DNA of 64,000 nucleotides from Nitrospirota bacterium (GTDB lineage Bacteria; Nitrospirota; UBA9217): NCBI GenBank assembly GCA_029858565.1, contig JAOUEV010000006.1, positions 32,001 to 96,000 of the forward strand, read 5' to 3'. Shown piece by piece: positions 19,101 to 28,162 of this stretch (position 1 is its first letter; each line of letters starts with the position of its first letter). The notes under the pieces were generated by a model. It saw only the letters and a program-made list of their open reading frames with translations, ran no database searches and was not told where the DNA came from. The position numbers and the translations under genes were made by a program.

Positions 19101-22100
19101 GTGATATAGAAATCGGTATGGGCTATTATGCTGACGGAAATACCGCATGCATGCGTGACGCGCGTGGAAGTATAGTCTCAATCGCCGAAACAGATTACGA
19201 CACTTCCCGTACATTCCTGCTAAAAAAGAGAAATGCCCTGGGCCATGAGACAGCCACGAAGTATTACGGAGTTGATCAGGAACCTACAGACAATGGTTTA
19301 TATGGTCAGGTTAAGAGCATTACCGGTCCGAACGGTGCGGCAGAGATAGTAAATTCCCAATATGATAGTTTCGGGCGTCGCATTAGAGTTGACCTGCCTG
19401 ATGGTACCTGGCAGACGTGGCAGTACAACAATATCGGTTCTATCGGGACCCAGCATATTCAAACAACGAATAGCGCGGGATTGAGTGCTTGGACATATTT
19501 TGACGGACTCGGACGGACTTTCCTGCAAAAGCAGGTAGGCCCGGATGGAAAAACTATCGCTCAAAATACAGAATATAACAATACAGGAACGGTGAAACGT
19601 TCATCTTTGCCCTATTATTACGGCTTGGAAAGCGTCCGTTATGTGAACTTTGTTTATGACTCCATAGGACGAGTCATACAAAAAAACAATCCAGACGCCA
19701 CAACGGAATATGCATGCTATGACGATGGTGTTATCACTTCGATCGATGCAGAAGGAAAGAGAAAACGCGAAATTCGCAATGCCTTCGGGCAGTTAATCAA
19801 AGTCGAGGAGTACATTGGAACGGGAACTTCCTGCACGCTCAACGCTTCGGACGTATATGCCACGACAACTTACACCTATGATGCAGCGGGCAATCTTCGT
19901 TTTGTAACAGATGCTGAAAACCACGTAATGGAAATGCGTTATGATTCGCTGGGTCGCAAATTTTATATGAAAGATCCAGACATGGGTGAATGGTACTACA
20001 AGCACGATGAAAATGGAAATCTCAAGCGACAAAAAGACGCGAATCTTGCGGTAATAACGTTCGACTATGATAATATCAACAGGCTATCTCTAAAAACTTA
20101 TCCGGATGCAAAAACGGTCCAGTACGTTTACGACGATCCATCTGCTGCTTATTCAAAAGGCCGTTTGACATCAATGGTCGACGAGTCAGGCGTAACGAGC
20201 TATTCTTATGATATTGTAGGCCGTGTCGTAACTGTGAAAAAACGAATAGACGGGCAGGATTACACTGTAACGACTGGCTATTCGAGTGGTCGCTTGTCTA
20301 GCATATCCTATCCCGATCCACAAGGGACTGACCCATTAACGGTGAATCATTCTTACGACGGCGGTGGAAATCTACACCAGCTATCGAGCAGCGCACAGAC
20401 ATTTCTGACTCTCACTGGATACAATGCCCTGGCTCAGCCTGGAACTGCGACCATGGGTAATGGAGCAGCGACAGTTTATCAATATTACCAGACGAACAAT
20501 CGTCTTCAGAGAATTACGACGACCGGTGCATCTCAGACGCATCTGGATATTACGTATGACTATTATGACGCAGGTAATGTCAAGGAAATCAAGGATCAGC
20601 GCGATAATGCACGCTCGCAATGGTTTATTTACGACGATCTGAACAGGCTAGTCGAGGCGCAGAGTACACTTTATGGCGCTTTATTCTTTAGCTATAACCA
20701 AACTGGCAATATCCTTTCGAAACCAGTAGAACCATTGGCTGGGAATGGTGGGGCTCTCCCGAGCGGCGCAACGCCTACCTGTCCAACCGGCACTGCGCTC
20801 AATGGTGCAACCGGTCGCTGTGAAGCAGTGCCGCAATGCAATTCAGGAACGTATAGCTCTTCCCAAAATATATGTATGTCGGAAAGTTTGAGCGAACCAT
20901 CCTGTCTTGCGGGGAGTCAACTTGATATAACAAGGGATCAGTGCATTGCTGCTGCTACTGTTACTACAACCTATTCTGATCCCAGTTGTCCCACGTATTC
21001 CCGGATGTACAGTCAGTTTCCTAGGGTTGATCCAACAACCGACCAGTGCAGTTATTACTCGACCTCAGGATGTAGCTCAAGCATGTGTACAGGCCAAGGT
21101 TTGACATTTACGGGTTGTAAAATCATACCTGCCATTGGTTACCGTACGACATGTCTTGGGCCAGCGCCATCTTGTTCCGTCGGTACCTATGACGCCTTCC
21201 GTAATGCATGTGCGTTAACCACAATATCTTGCCCGGCAGGACTTGCTTATAACTCATCAACGCAGGATTGTGTTGCAGCACCTGTATGCGCCAGCGGAAC
21301 TTACGATCTTTCCCGGAATAAATGCGTCTCAAGCTCCACCGCTGCTGCAACTTGCCCAGCAGGAACAACGCTGAATGGCATTTCGGATAAATGTGAAGCG
21401 ATGCCGACTTGTTCAGCGGGTTCTTATGACGCGGGTCAGAACACATGCGTTTACAATATCGTGCCTGCTACAACATATACATACGACGGGACTGCACATG
21501 CGCTAACCTCTACGTCAGATGGTCGCGTCTATCAACACGATTCGAATGGGAACATGTGGTCAGATGGTCTGCGAACGATAAACTACAATTACGATAACTT
21601 ACCGATATCAATAACTTATAGTGGTATAACGACTACGCTTGTTTATGACGGAAACGGTGATCGGGTCAAAAAAATTACGCCGTCCGGTACGACAATTTAC
21701 ATAGGAAAACTTGCTGAGTGCATAAACGGCGAGTGCACAAAGTACATTTTTGCGGGAGGGACGCGGATTGCCGCAAAGTTTTACAATGATATCAATTACT
21801 ATCATCAGGACCATCTCGGTAGTACCCGGGTCGTAACTGATGGAAGCGGAAACAGTGCCGAGGGCATCCAATACTATCCTTTCGGTGCCACGCTAAGCGA
21901 CACAGGTAGCAACTTCAATCACAGATACACATCTCAGGAATATGATAGGGAAACCGGGCTATATTATTACAACGCGAGGTACTATAACCCGACGCTGGGA
22001 AGGTTCATTAGTCCGGATTCAATTGTTCCTGATCCGGCCAATCCCCAGGCTTTGAACCGATACAGTTACGTCATCAACAATCCGGTAAACTATACAGATC

Positions 22101-22975
22101 CAAGCGGACATGCGTTCTGGAAGCGAATGAACAATTGGTCGAAAAAACCATGGGTTGCTTTTGCGTTACAGATGATTCCTGGTGCCATTGCTCCTGGAGT
22201 CGCAGAATTCGCCACATATCAACTGACGAAATCAAAGAGAGGTCGGCAAATACTAATCGCAGAAGCTGTCATAGCAACAATTGCGGTGTCTTGTGGGGCT
22301 ACTGCGGAGGCGTCAGCGGCAGGTGCGTCAGAAGGAGGGATGGCAACAGCAGACACTTCGCAAATATTTGAAGTATACCCATACGATTTCATCGCACCAA
22401 ATTCTGCCAATGGTGGTTCAGTCATCAGCGGTACGGGTAGTACTGGTAGCGCTGGTGCGGCATCTTATGGATCTTCGGAAGAAATTGCAAGGCAGTCTCT
22501 TGCCGCGATAAAATATGGCGGCACTGCATATATTTCCTATCAAGGCATCAGTGCCGTGGGTGGAGCAATTGGCACGCCACGCAGTGGAGGGGACCACGGC
22601 GGCTCCAATGGTGGCGGACAAAATGGGTATAAAAGTGGATATTGGGATGTAAATACATCCGGCGGATTTATCATTGGGTATACTCATGGATGGCTATTTA
22701 CTGGAAGTAATCATTATGTCTATTCTGGTGGTGGACTTGTGACGCCGGGATATGGTGGTTCCATTACTTGGTCATCATCTGCTCCAACTCCTGGGTGGAA
22801 TGCAGCACTGCAAGTTCAATTTGGTATTGCTATTCAAGTAGGTTATGGGTTTGGTCCTAGTGGTGGCTGGTTTGGGGAGGTTGGTGGAGGGTGGCCCCCA
22901 GGCGCATCATTGACCGGTTACTTCGTTTTTGAAGGCAGACGCAATAATTTACCAAAATTATTGCCATCACATTAA
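16115..22975 (+). CDS. Sec-exported SpvB/FG-GAP(VCBS)/TcdB-midN/YD-Rhs polymorphic toxin with a Cys-rich insert and a Gly-rich C-terminal toxin domain
   Basis: Signal peptide; SpvB-like YSIPIEVPAGRKGMNPNLSLIYNS...GYGW; repeated GDFNGDGKTDIA; RDFRGF; YD repeats; Rhs core HQDHLGS...LYYYNARYYNPTLGRFISPD...NPVNYTDPSGH. Confidence 0.92.
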   Translation: MFFLNRWSILKAVLHAVILTVMTVSTVFAVESGQTAPKKSSGLGGEGSGGSGSVVPDLSTGSFSYSIPIEVPAGRKGMNPNLSLIYNSTNGRSWVGYGWELESGAIERNNKSGVDYSKEDYILRMGGATSELIKIETNELGQPVTNEFRVKIEGAFFLIKKVAATNSWELIDKKGVHYYFGQTTLSRLDNPANANEIFKWCLDRVEDTNGNYMTLSYNKTYLQIPWALPDDAQLYLKEIAYAGNTNTGLLPTVNVKFYTELNYDKTDSGSSNFRVRTAYRLKSIDISANGNRVRAYRLRYDVDPGATGNQNSPSSGRYLLTSVEQYGSDADVSPTTGDVTGSSLPATTFSYPLNTNGFSVQEWTGMPNWGDAAYTWVGDFDGDGMMDIATATANGTAIWIKHSQGMTSSQYFVEEQWASGLNTIGPSNFTWAGDFDGDGKTDIATIVNGIVRVRLSRPDNPLGSRFVEQPWSTTITTYYGGMTWAGDFNGDGKTDIAYGVPGSGSWNIWVLASNGAGFDSPQVWQSNSVNWGTTLLGDFNGDGKTDIATYAGGTIWLKVARPDLPSGQRFPETATTNVPSWGQSVWVGDFNGDGRMDIATGTINGLFGGPGTLWVKISTGNYFIEQLWWSGTYTPLIIPNSEWIGDFNGDGRTDIASLYSNSQISIKQSTGFSFTEQLYTVSGLWSDGGYNWAGDFNGDGKDDLATGWYGSIWIRKANVFQVDRLTSIKDSMGSTTTIQYDCSTDFRWNNTLMPFPVQTVSEIRVNDGNGVESSTLYTYLGAYYHIGDRDFRGFNQTQVVGPHGPNGENATTITWFHQGRDTGVDENHPEVSNGYMKGRPYRTKVVGNHNKTYSESTITYAPDDSAPYFNPASEVISYICDGDECGLDSKKTLAFDRFGNLQEERVYGSASAQSPERRVVHTYAENSSSDKWIVSLPLTVELYDQNNALMAKKRIYYDGVGGCTQSAGLATPEKGNVTRIVNEHIDPLPQLQPVIGDIEIGMGYYADGNTACMRDARGSIVSIAETDYDTSRTFLLKKRNALGHETATKYYGVDQEPTDNGLYGQVKSITGPNGAAEIVNSQYDSFGRRIRVDLPDGTWQTWQYNNIGSIGTQHIQTTNSAGLSAWTYFDGLGRTFLQKQVGPDGKTIAQNTEYNNTGTVKRSSLPYYYGLESVRYVNFVYDSIGRVIQKNNPDATTEYACYDDGVITSIDAEGKRKREIRNAFGQLIKVEEYIGTGTSCTLNASDVYATTTYTYDAAGNLRFVTDAENHVMEMRYDSLGRKFYMKDPDMGEWYYKHDENGNLKRQKDANLAVITFDYDNINRLSLKTYPDAKTVQYVYDDPSAAYSKGRLTSMVDESGVTSYSYDIVGRVVTVKKRIDGQDYTVTTGYSSGRLSSISYPDPQGTDPLTVNHSYDGGGNLHQLSSSAQTFLTLTGYNALAQPGTATMGNGAATVYQYYQTNNRLQRITTTGASQTHLDITYDYYDAGNVKEIKDQRDNARSQWFIYDDLNRLVEAQSTLYGALFFSYNQTGNILSKPVEPLAGNGGALPSGATPTCPTGTALNGATGRCEAVPQCNSGTYSSSQNICMSESLSEPSCLAGSQLDITRDQCIAAATVTTTYSDPSCPTYSRMYSQFPRVDPTTDQCSYYSTSGCSSSMCTGQGLTFTGCKIIPAIGYRTTCLGPAPSCSVGTYDAFRNACALTTISCPAGLAYNSSTQDCVAAPVCASGTYDLSRNKCVSSSTAAATCPAGTTLNGISDKCEAMPTCSAGSYDAGQNTCVYNIVPATTYTYDGTAHALTSTSDGRVYQHDSNGNMWSDGLRTINYNYDNLPISITYSGITTTLVYDGNGDRVKKITPSGTTIYIGKLAECINGECTKYIFAGGTRIAAKFYNDINYYHQDHLGSTRVVTDGSGNSAEGIQYYPFGATLSDTGSNFNHRYTSQEYDRETGLYYYNARYYNPTLGRFISPDSIVPDPANPQALNRYSYVINNPVNYTDPSGHAFWKRMNNWSKKPWVAFALQMIPGAIAPGVAEFATYQLTKSKRGRQILIAEAVIATIAVSCGATAEASAAGASEGGMATADTSQIFEVYPYDFIAPNSANGGSVISGTGSTGSAGAASYGSSEEIARQSLAAIKYGGTAYISYQGISAVGGAIGTPRSGGDHGGSNGGGQNGYKSGYWDVNTSGGFIIGYTHGWLFTGSNHYVYSGGGLVTPGYGGSITWSSSAPTPGWNAALQVQFGIAIQVGYGFGPSGGWFGEVGGGWPPGASLTGYFVFEGRRNNLPKLLPSH

Positions 22976-22999
22976 TAGACTCTATTAAGGCGGATAACA

Positions 23000-23224
23000 A
23001 TGAATGAAATTGCATTTGGAGTCATGGGCTTATTTATAGGGTTTCTCCTAATTTATTTCAATAAGCAATTTGCTCGTTTGCTTGTTGAACAGCAGAATAA
23101 GTTTTGGGGGTTCCATTTTGATCATAGAGAAATAATGATTTCAAGAATTGGCGCGTTTATTGCTGGTGCCGGTTTTGTTATAGCAGGATTATTAATGGTA
23201 TTTAAGATAATACATTTTAAATAA
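23000..23224 (+). CDS. Small 2-TM membrane protein, probable cognate immunity protein
   Basis: Directly downstream of the Rhs C-terminus; RBS AAGG; two hydrophobic segments; AT-rich. Confidence 0.7.
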   Translation: MNEIAFGVMGLFIGFLLIYFNKQFARLLVEQQNKFWGFHFDHREIMISRIGAFIAGAGFVIAGLLMVFKIIHFK

Positions 23225-23235
23225 ATAGGGTCAAT

Positions 23236-23290
23236 TGAACTGACCCCCTCCGTTTAGACAATAACACAAAGCGAGTTATTGAAGGAGGCT
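23236..23290 (+). mobile_element. Possible IS3-family left-end remnant
   Basis: TGAACTGACCCCCTCCGTTTAGACA resembles IS3-group termini and is followed by AAGGAGG with no transposase ORF; resemblance only. Confidence 0.3.
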
Positions 23291-23352
23291 CTCAAGCTAA
23301 TGAATTCGTAGTGCCCCGTGCTCCACAGGCTGGTTCCAACTAGCGATGAAAA

Positions 23353-23721
23353 ATGAAACCACCATTATTCGTGATTGAAGGTTTTGATATTAGTGCTTAT
23401 GCTTCGCTTGAAAAGCTTGAGAACCACCTGGAGCCATTCTTTGTGAAGGAAGTAAATTATAAGGCATATGATTCTGAAGGAAGACTCTTGACTCTATCAG
23501 TGAAGGTCGAGCGCAAGCCATTTTTTTTTGGATTGTTTAAGGCAGAACGAAAGTGTGTTGTCATGCAGTCGGTTGAGTTAGAACCCAAATATCAAAAAGA
23601 TCTACATGATGCGCTTGTAAATAATTTAGCCTATACAACTGAAGAGAATAAATCAACGTACCAAGAAATGTCACTAAGTAAATTGATCGATATATTTGTG
23701 AAAATTAATGGCTTAACTTGA
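23353..23721 (+). CDS. Hypothetical protein, probable orphan immunity protein
   Basis: PPLFVIEGFDISAY...LEP..V....YKAYDSEGRLL; AT-rich; downstream of the Rhs/immunity pair. Confidence 0.65.
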   Translation: MKPPLFVIEGFDISAYASLEKLENHLEPFFVKEVNYKAYDSEGRLLTLSVKVERKPFFFGLFKAERKCVVMQSVELEPKYQKDLHDALVNNLAYTTEENKSTYQEMSLSKLIDIFVKINGLT

Positions 23722-23842
23722 AATCGGGAGTTTAACAGTAGCTGACTGAATCATCTAAACATGCCTACTGAACCAAGGTTAACGTTAACCCAATAATTTG
23801 ATATTTGAGTACTTGATCAGAATTGTAAATTCGCGCATGAAC

Positions 23843-24298
23843 TCAATAAATATTTTTCAAATTATGCTGTAGAAATTGATTGATGCTTCGAATGTTCCGC
23901 TTGCACGGCCGCATGCCACGGCTTATCCAATCCAGCAGCTGCTCCGGATCCCGCCCCATAACAGCCCCCAGCCGCTCAAAGGATAGCCCGTTTACCATCT
24001 TAAAGTACCTGAGCCTGCCGAGGGTGTCTTCCGGGCAGGGGAATGGGACATATCCCAGAAATCGTATGATAGCCGGCATATGTCGGATCTCAGGTTCTGT
24101 ACCCCGTTCCCAGTTATAGACCGAGGCTTCGGATACCCCTATTTGCTCGGCAGCCTGTCTTTGGAATAATCCTAAATCTATTCGTCGCTTACGGAGATGC
24201 TCGCCAATGGATTTCGGGTTGCTCGGGTAGCCGGGTCGTGCTACAATCGGCCGTGGTAAAGAATAACTATAAACCGGCCACTCTAAAAAGCTGAACAA
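23843..24298 (-). CDS. HTH-XRE transcriptional regulator (tandem HTH); exact start uncertain
   Basis: YPSNPKSIGEHLRKRRIDLGLFQRQAAEQIGVSEASVYNWERG..P...IIRFLGYVP, plus a second HTH; the ORF begins at the right island junction. Confidence 0.85.
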   Translation of the reverse strand: MFSFLEWPVYSYSLPRPIVARPGYPSNPKSIGEHLRKRRIDLGLFQRQAAEQIGVSEASVYNWERGTEPEIRHMPAIIRFLGYVPFPCPEDTLGRLRYFKMVNGLSFERLGAVMGRDPEQLLDWISRGMRPCKRNIRSINQFLQHNLKNIY

Positions 24299-24780
24299 AC
24301 CCCTGCAAGTGCGGTTTTCACAGCGATCCCCTGCATCAGTGTCTCTGCACGCCCCACCAGGTCCAGACCTACCGGTCCCGCGTATCCGGCCCTCTCATGG
24401 ACCGGATCGATATTCATATCGAGGTGCCGGCGGTCAAGTTCCGCGAGATCGCAGATGATACTCCGACTGAACCGTCTGTTCATATCCGTGAACGTGTGAC
24501 CCAGGCAAGAGAGATCCAGCAGGAGCGTTTCCGGAGTGACGGCATCTACGCCAACGCGCAGATGAAGCCGCGGCACCTCAGGAAGTATTGCAAGATCGGC
24601 GAAGATTCCCAGCGACTTATGGAAGCTGCAATGAGCAAAATGGGCCTCTCCGCCCGCGCGTACAACCGCATCCTCAAAGTCAGCCGCACCATCGCGGACC
24701 TGGACGCCAGCGAGAGTATTGCTACTCATCATATTTCTGAGGCGATTCAGTATCGGAGTTTGGATAGAAGAACGGTCTGA
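24298..24780 (+). pseudogene. comM: Displaced 3' half of comM (160 codons, lacking the 5' two-thirds)
   Basis: In frame from the att core: NPCKCGFHSDPLHQCLCTPHQVQTYRSRVSGPLMDRIDIHIEVPAV...EAIQYRSLDRRTV*; same length as 15381-15863. Confidence 0.92.
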
Positions 24781-25033
24781 TTTTAAAAGGACTTTTCAGA
24801 TTTCTCAGAAAAAAAGCTTGCCTGATAAAAACAAACTGCAATATTCGTATTTTTCTTGCAACGAAGTTCAATTTACACTACTATTCTTGAAACCTACCCT
24901 TGGAGTGTCGTCCTATTTTCTCAAATCCTTGGTATCATTAAAATGGGCGCTAGGATAAAAATGGCAGTTCGAAGCAGAAAAATGCCGTTATCTGCCAAAA
25001 GAAGCTGTGAACTTCCTGGGACAGCCGGAACGT

Positions 25034-28000
25034 ATGAAAAAAAAGCGAATAGTTATTGTGGAAGATGAAGCGCTGATTGCAATGGAATTGGAACGCCAGC
25101 TGGCCGGGCTTGGATACGAGGTGTGTGGTTCTGCAGTGACGGCAGATGGCGCAATAGGGCTCGTGGAAGCACGAGATCCTGATCTTGTTCTAATGGATAT
25201 TCGCCTCCGGGGCGAAGGGGACGGAATCGAAGCAGCTGCGGAAATACGCAGGCGGTTCGATATTCCCGTGATATTCCTGACGGCCTATGCCGATGACGGC
25301 ACTATCTTTCGGGTACGGCAGGCCGCTCCTTTCGGATATATCCTAAAGCCCTATCGAGAAGAAGATCTGCGTCTGGCTATTGAAGTAGCCCTGGTCAAAC
25401 ATGACGGAGAACGGCAACTTCGGGCTCAGAATGAATCCCTGGAAGCCAGGGTGCGGGAACGCACCGCTGAACTCGGCCGTGCTGTCGATGCACTGAAAGG
25501 GGAAATCGCGGAGCGGACACAGGCGGTCGAGCGTCTTCGGAAGAGCGAAGAGCGGTATCGTTTTCTTTTTGAGGCTATCCCGATAGCCGTGGGGATGGCC
25601 TCGCTCGACGGACAGGCGCTTTTGGCGAACAAAGCGTCGTTGGATCTCTACGGGATGTCCCGGGAAGACCAGCAAGGGATGAATCTTCGGGACCTCTATG
25701 CGAATTCCGCGGAGCGAAGTGAATTGATGCGGCAGCTCCAGGAATCAGGCCGTGTGCGTGACCGCGAAGTGTCCCTGCAGCGAATGGATGGGGCAGGGAT
25801 CACTGTTTTGCTGAACATGGACATCGTGGAAATGGACGGCCAGAAGGTGATCCTGACCACGCAACGCGACATCACCGAGCGCAGGAAGGCGGAGACGGCG
25901 CTGCGGGAGCGGGTGAAGGAACTGACCTGTCAGTACGCGGTCCGGCTCGATATGCAGAAGGATTTGTCTGCTGACGAGTTTTGCACGCGGGTCGTTAACC
26001 ACGTAGTCGCGGCCATGCAATTTCCGGAACTCTGCGCAGCGGAGCTCGAATTGGAGGGGCAGAGGTGTTTTGCCGGGCATCGCGCGGAACGGCAGTCACG
26101 CGAGTTGTATGGGGACATCAAGTCCGGGGACAAGGTCATCGGGCGATTGCGGGTTTGGTGCGTTGATGACAGGCCTTTTATGATGCCTGAAGAGCAGCAC
26201 CTGATCAGCGCCGTAGCTGACATGGTCCGCCAGTGGCATGCATTCCAGAAGGCGCAAAAGGAGATTGAACACCTGGCCAGTTTTCCGACGCTCAATCCGA
26301 ATCCCGTGCTTGAGATCGACGAGACAGGTCAGGTGGTGTTCCGCAATAACGCTGCTGCCGAAATCCTCGCACAGGCCGGCTCGGCCGACCACCGGCTGTT
26401 CTTCCCGCAGGATATGCAGTCGCTCCTGGCTTCCCTGCCCAGGGAGCCGGTATGCCGGGAAGTCGCTTTTGGCGGACGCGTATTCCAGGAAACGATCCAT
26501 GCGCTTCCCGAGTTGAACACCCTGCGCATTTACGCGGCTGATATCACCGAGCTCAAGCTGCTCGACGAAGCGCTCGCCAGGAGCAAGCGGGAGTTTGAAT
26601 CCATATTTGCCTCGATGAACGATGCCGCGATCTTCGCGGACAGCAGGCGCCGGATCGTCAGGATGAACCGGGCCGCGGAAGAGATGTTCGGCTGGAGGCA
26701 TGAGGAGCTGGAGGGAAAAACCACGGAGTGCCTCTATGCGGAGCGGTCCGACTATGACGCGCTCGGCAGGAGTCGTTACAATGTCGCGGCCCGGCGCGAT
26801 CGCGCTTTTTTCGAGATGCGCTACCGGCGAAAGGATGGGAGCGTTTTTCCGGCCGAATCTTTCGGCACGCAGGTGCCGGACGCGGACGGCGGAGTCATGG
26901 GCTTTCTGGGCATTCATCGCGATATCACGGCCCGCAAGGAGGCGGAAGAACAGCTGGCTCGTTACCAGGCGGAGCTCGAGGAAATGGTGAAGTCGCGTAC
27001 CCGGGAACTGCAGGATACCGTCACACGGCTGCAGGAGGAGATCTCTCGTCGGGAAATAGTGAGCCGTGACCTCAATCGAAACAAGCTGTTTCTGACGAAT
27101 ATCCTGAACAGCATCCAGGACGGCATCTGCGTGTTCGACCGGGAACGGCGGATCATGCTCGTGAATAACACGATAGCGAAGTGGATTCCCGGGGTCGGTA
27201 GCCTGGGGTTCCGGACGCATACCTGTGCGGAGCTGTTCCACAGTTTCGGCCGCTGCGACGTGTGCGCCGCGGACTACTCAGAGGAATTCAGCGGAAAACG
27301 GAGCTTGATATTCGCGAGCGGCGACGAGAACGAGAAAAAATGGTTCGAGGTGCATACCTTTCCCCTGATAACGAACGACGACAAGCACGTCGGGCGGGTG
27401 GAATATTTCCGCGACATTACAGCGGCAAAAGACCTGGAGAGTAAGATTGCCGGTTACCAGGAGCAGCTGCGAGCCTTGAATTACGAAATGGCGGACGTCG
27501 TCAACCGGGAACAGCGCAGGATCGCTCAGGAACTGCACGATACCATCCCCCAGACGCTGCTGTTTTGCAGGATGCGGCTGGAGAGGATAGAAAAGCGCGA
27601 CACAGCCGAAGGCCGGCGTTCCGGGCAGTCCTCCGATTTCCGGGAGATCTACCAGTTCCTGGATGACGCCATCGAACAATCGCGCAACCTGATGTTTAAA
27701 CTTGCCCCTCCCATGCTGTACGAACTGGGACTGGAGCCTGCGCTTCAGAGCCTTTTGGACCAGTTCGGCAGGGAACACCCTATAGCCTTCCGGTTCAAGG
27801 GAAGAGAGCTGAAAGCTCCCTTGCAAGGGGATGGCGCCGCCATGGTGTATGGTATGGTCCGTGAACTCCTGGTAAACTGCGTCAAACATTCTGAAGCAAC
27901 GCATGTCGAGGTGGCCGTCAATCGCAGGGACGGCGGTCTTGTCGTCGCGGTCCGGGACAACGGCAAGGGCCGGGAAGCGGGGGCGCAGGCCGGAAATACC

Positions 28001-28132
28001 GAAAAGGGATTTGGGCTGTTCAGCATCCGGGAACGCGTGCGGTATCTGGACGGTGACTTCACGATCGACACCGCTCCCGGCAAAGGTTTCTGCGCGACCA
28101 TCAGGATCGCGCTGGAGAAACTGAGGAAGTGA
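25034..28132 (+). CDS. Hybrid sensor: receiver domain, multiple PAS domains, HisKA_3 (NarX-type) histidine kinase
   Basis: IVIVEDE...DLVLMDI...KP receiver; PAS motifs (RDITER, RDITARK); EQRRIAQELHD; ELLVNCVKHS, DNGKG, GFGL. Confidence 0.92.
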   Translation: MKKKRIVIVEDEALIAMELERQLAGLGYEVCGSAVTADGAIGLVEARDPDLVLMDIRLRGEGDGIEAAAEIRRRFDIPVIFLTAYADDGTIFRVRQAAPFGYILKPYREEDLRLAIEVALVKHDGERQLRAQNESLEARVRERTAELGRAVDALKGEIAERTQAVERLRKSEERYRFLFEAIPIAVGMASLDGQALLANKASLDLYGMSREDQQGMNLRDLYANSAERSELMRQLQESGRVRDREVSLQRMDGAGITVLLNMDIVEMDGQKVILTTQRDITERRKAETALRERVKELTCQYAVRLDMQKDLSADEFCTRVVNHVVAAMQFPELCAAELELEGQRCFAGHRAERQSRELYGDIKSGDKVIGRLRVWCVDDRPFMMPEEQHLISAVADMVRQWHAFQKAQKEIEHLASFPTLNPNPVLEIDETGQVVFRNNAAAEILAQAGSADHRLFFPQDMQSLLASLPREPVCREVAFGGRVFQETIHALPELNTLRIYAADITELKLLDEALARSKREFESIFASMNDAAIFADSRRRIVRMNRAAEEMFGWRHEELEGKTTECLYAERSDYDALGRSRYNVAARRDRAFFEMRYRRKDGSVFPAESFGTQVPDADGGVMGFLGIHRDITARKEAEEQLARYQAELEEMVKSRTRELQDTVTRLQEEISRREIVSRDLNRNKLFLTNILNSIQDGICVFDRERRIMLVNNTIAKWIPGVGSLGFRTHTCAELFHSFGRCDVCAADYSEEFSGKRSLIFASGDENEKKWFEVHTFPLITNDDKHVGRVEYFRDITAAKDLESKIAGYQEQLRALNYEMADVVNREQRRIAQELHDTIPQTLLFCRMRLERIEKRDTAEGRRSGQSSDFREIYQFLDDAIEQSRNLMFKLAPPMLYELGLEPALQSLLDQFGREHPIAFRFKGRELKAPLQGDGAAMVYGMVRELLVNCVKHSEATHVEVAVNRRDGGLVVAVRDNGKGREAGAQAGNTEKGFGLFSIRERVRYLDGDFTIDTAPGKGFCATIRIALEKLRK

Positions 28133-28162
28133 TATAATTCACAGTGCGGAGGTAGGGTTGCC

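Larger units (their letters stand above)
15381..24297. mobile_element. 8917-bp island integrated in comM, carrying a replacement comM 3' end, Rhs toxin, immunity genes and an XRE regulator; no integrase inside
   Basis: Direct repeat AACCCCTGTAAGTGC (15381-95) and AACCCCTGCAAGTGC (24298-312); each begins an in-frame 483-nt comM 3' half; the interior is visibly AT-richer than the flanks. Confidence 0.85.
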
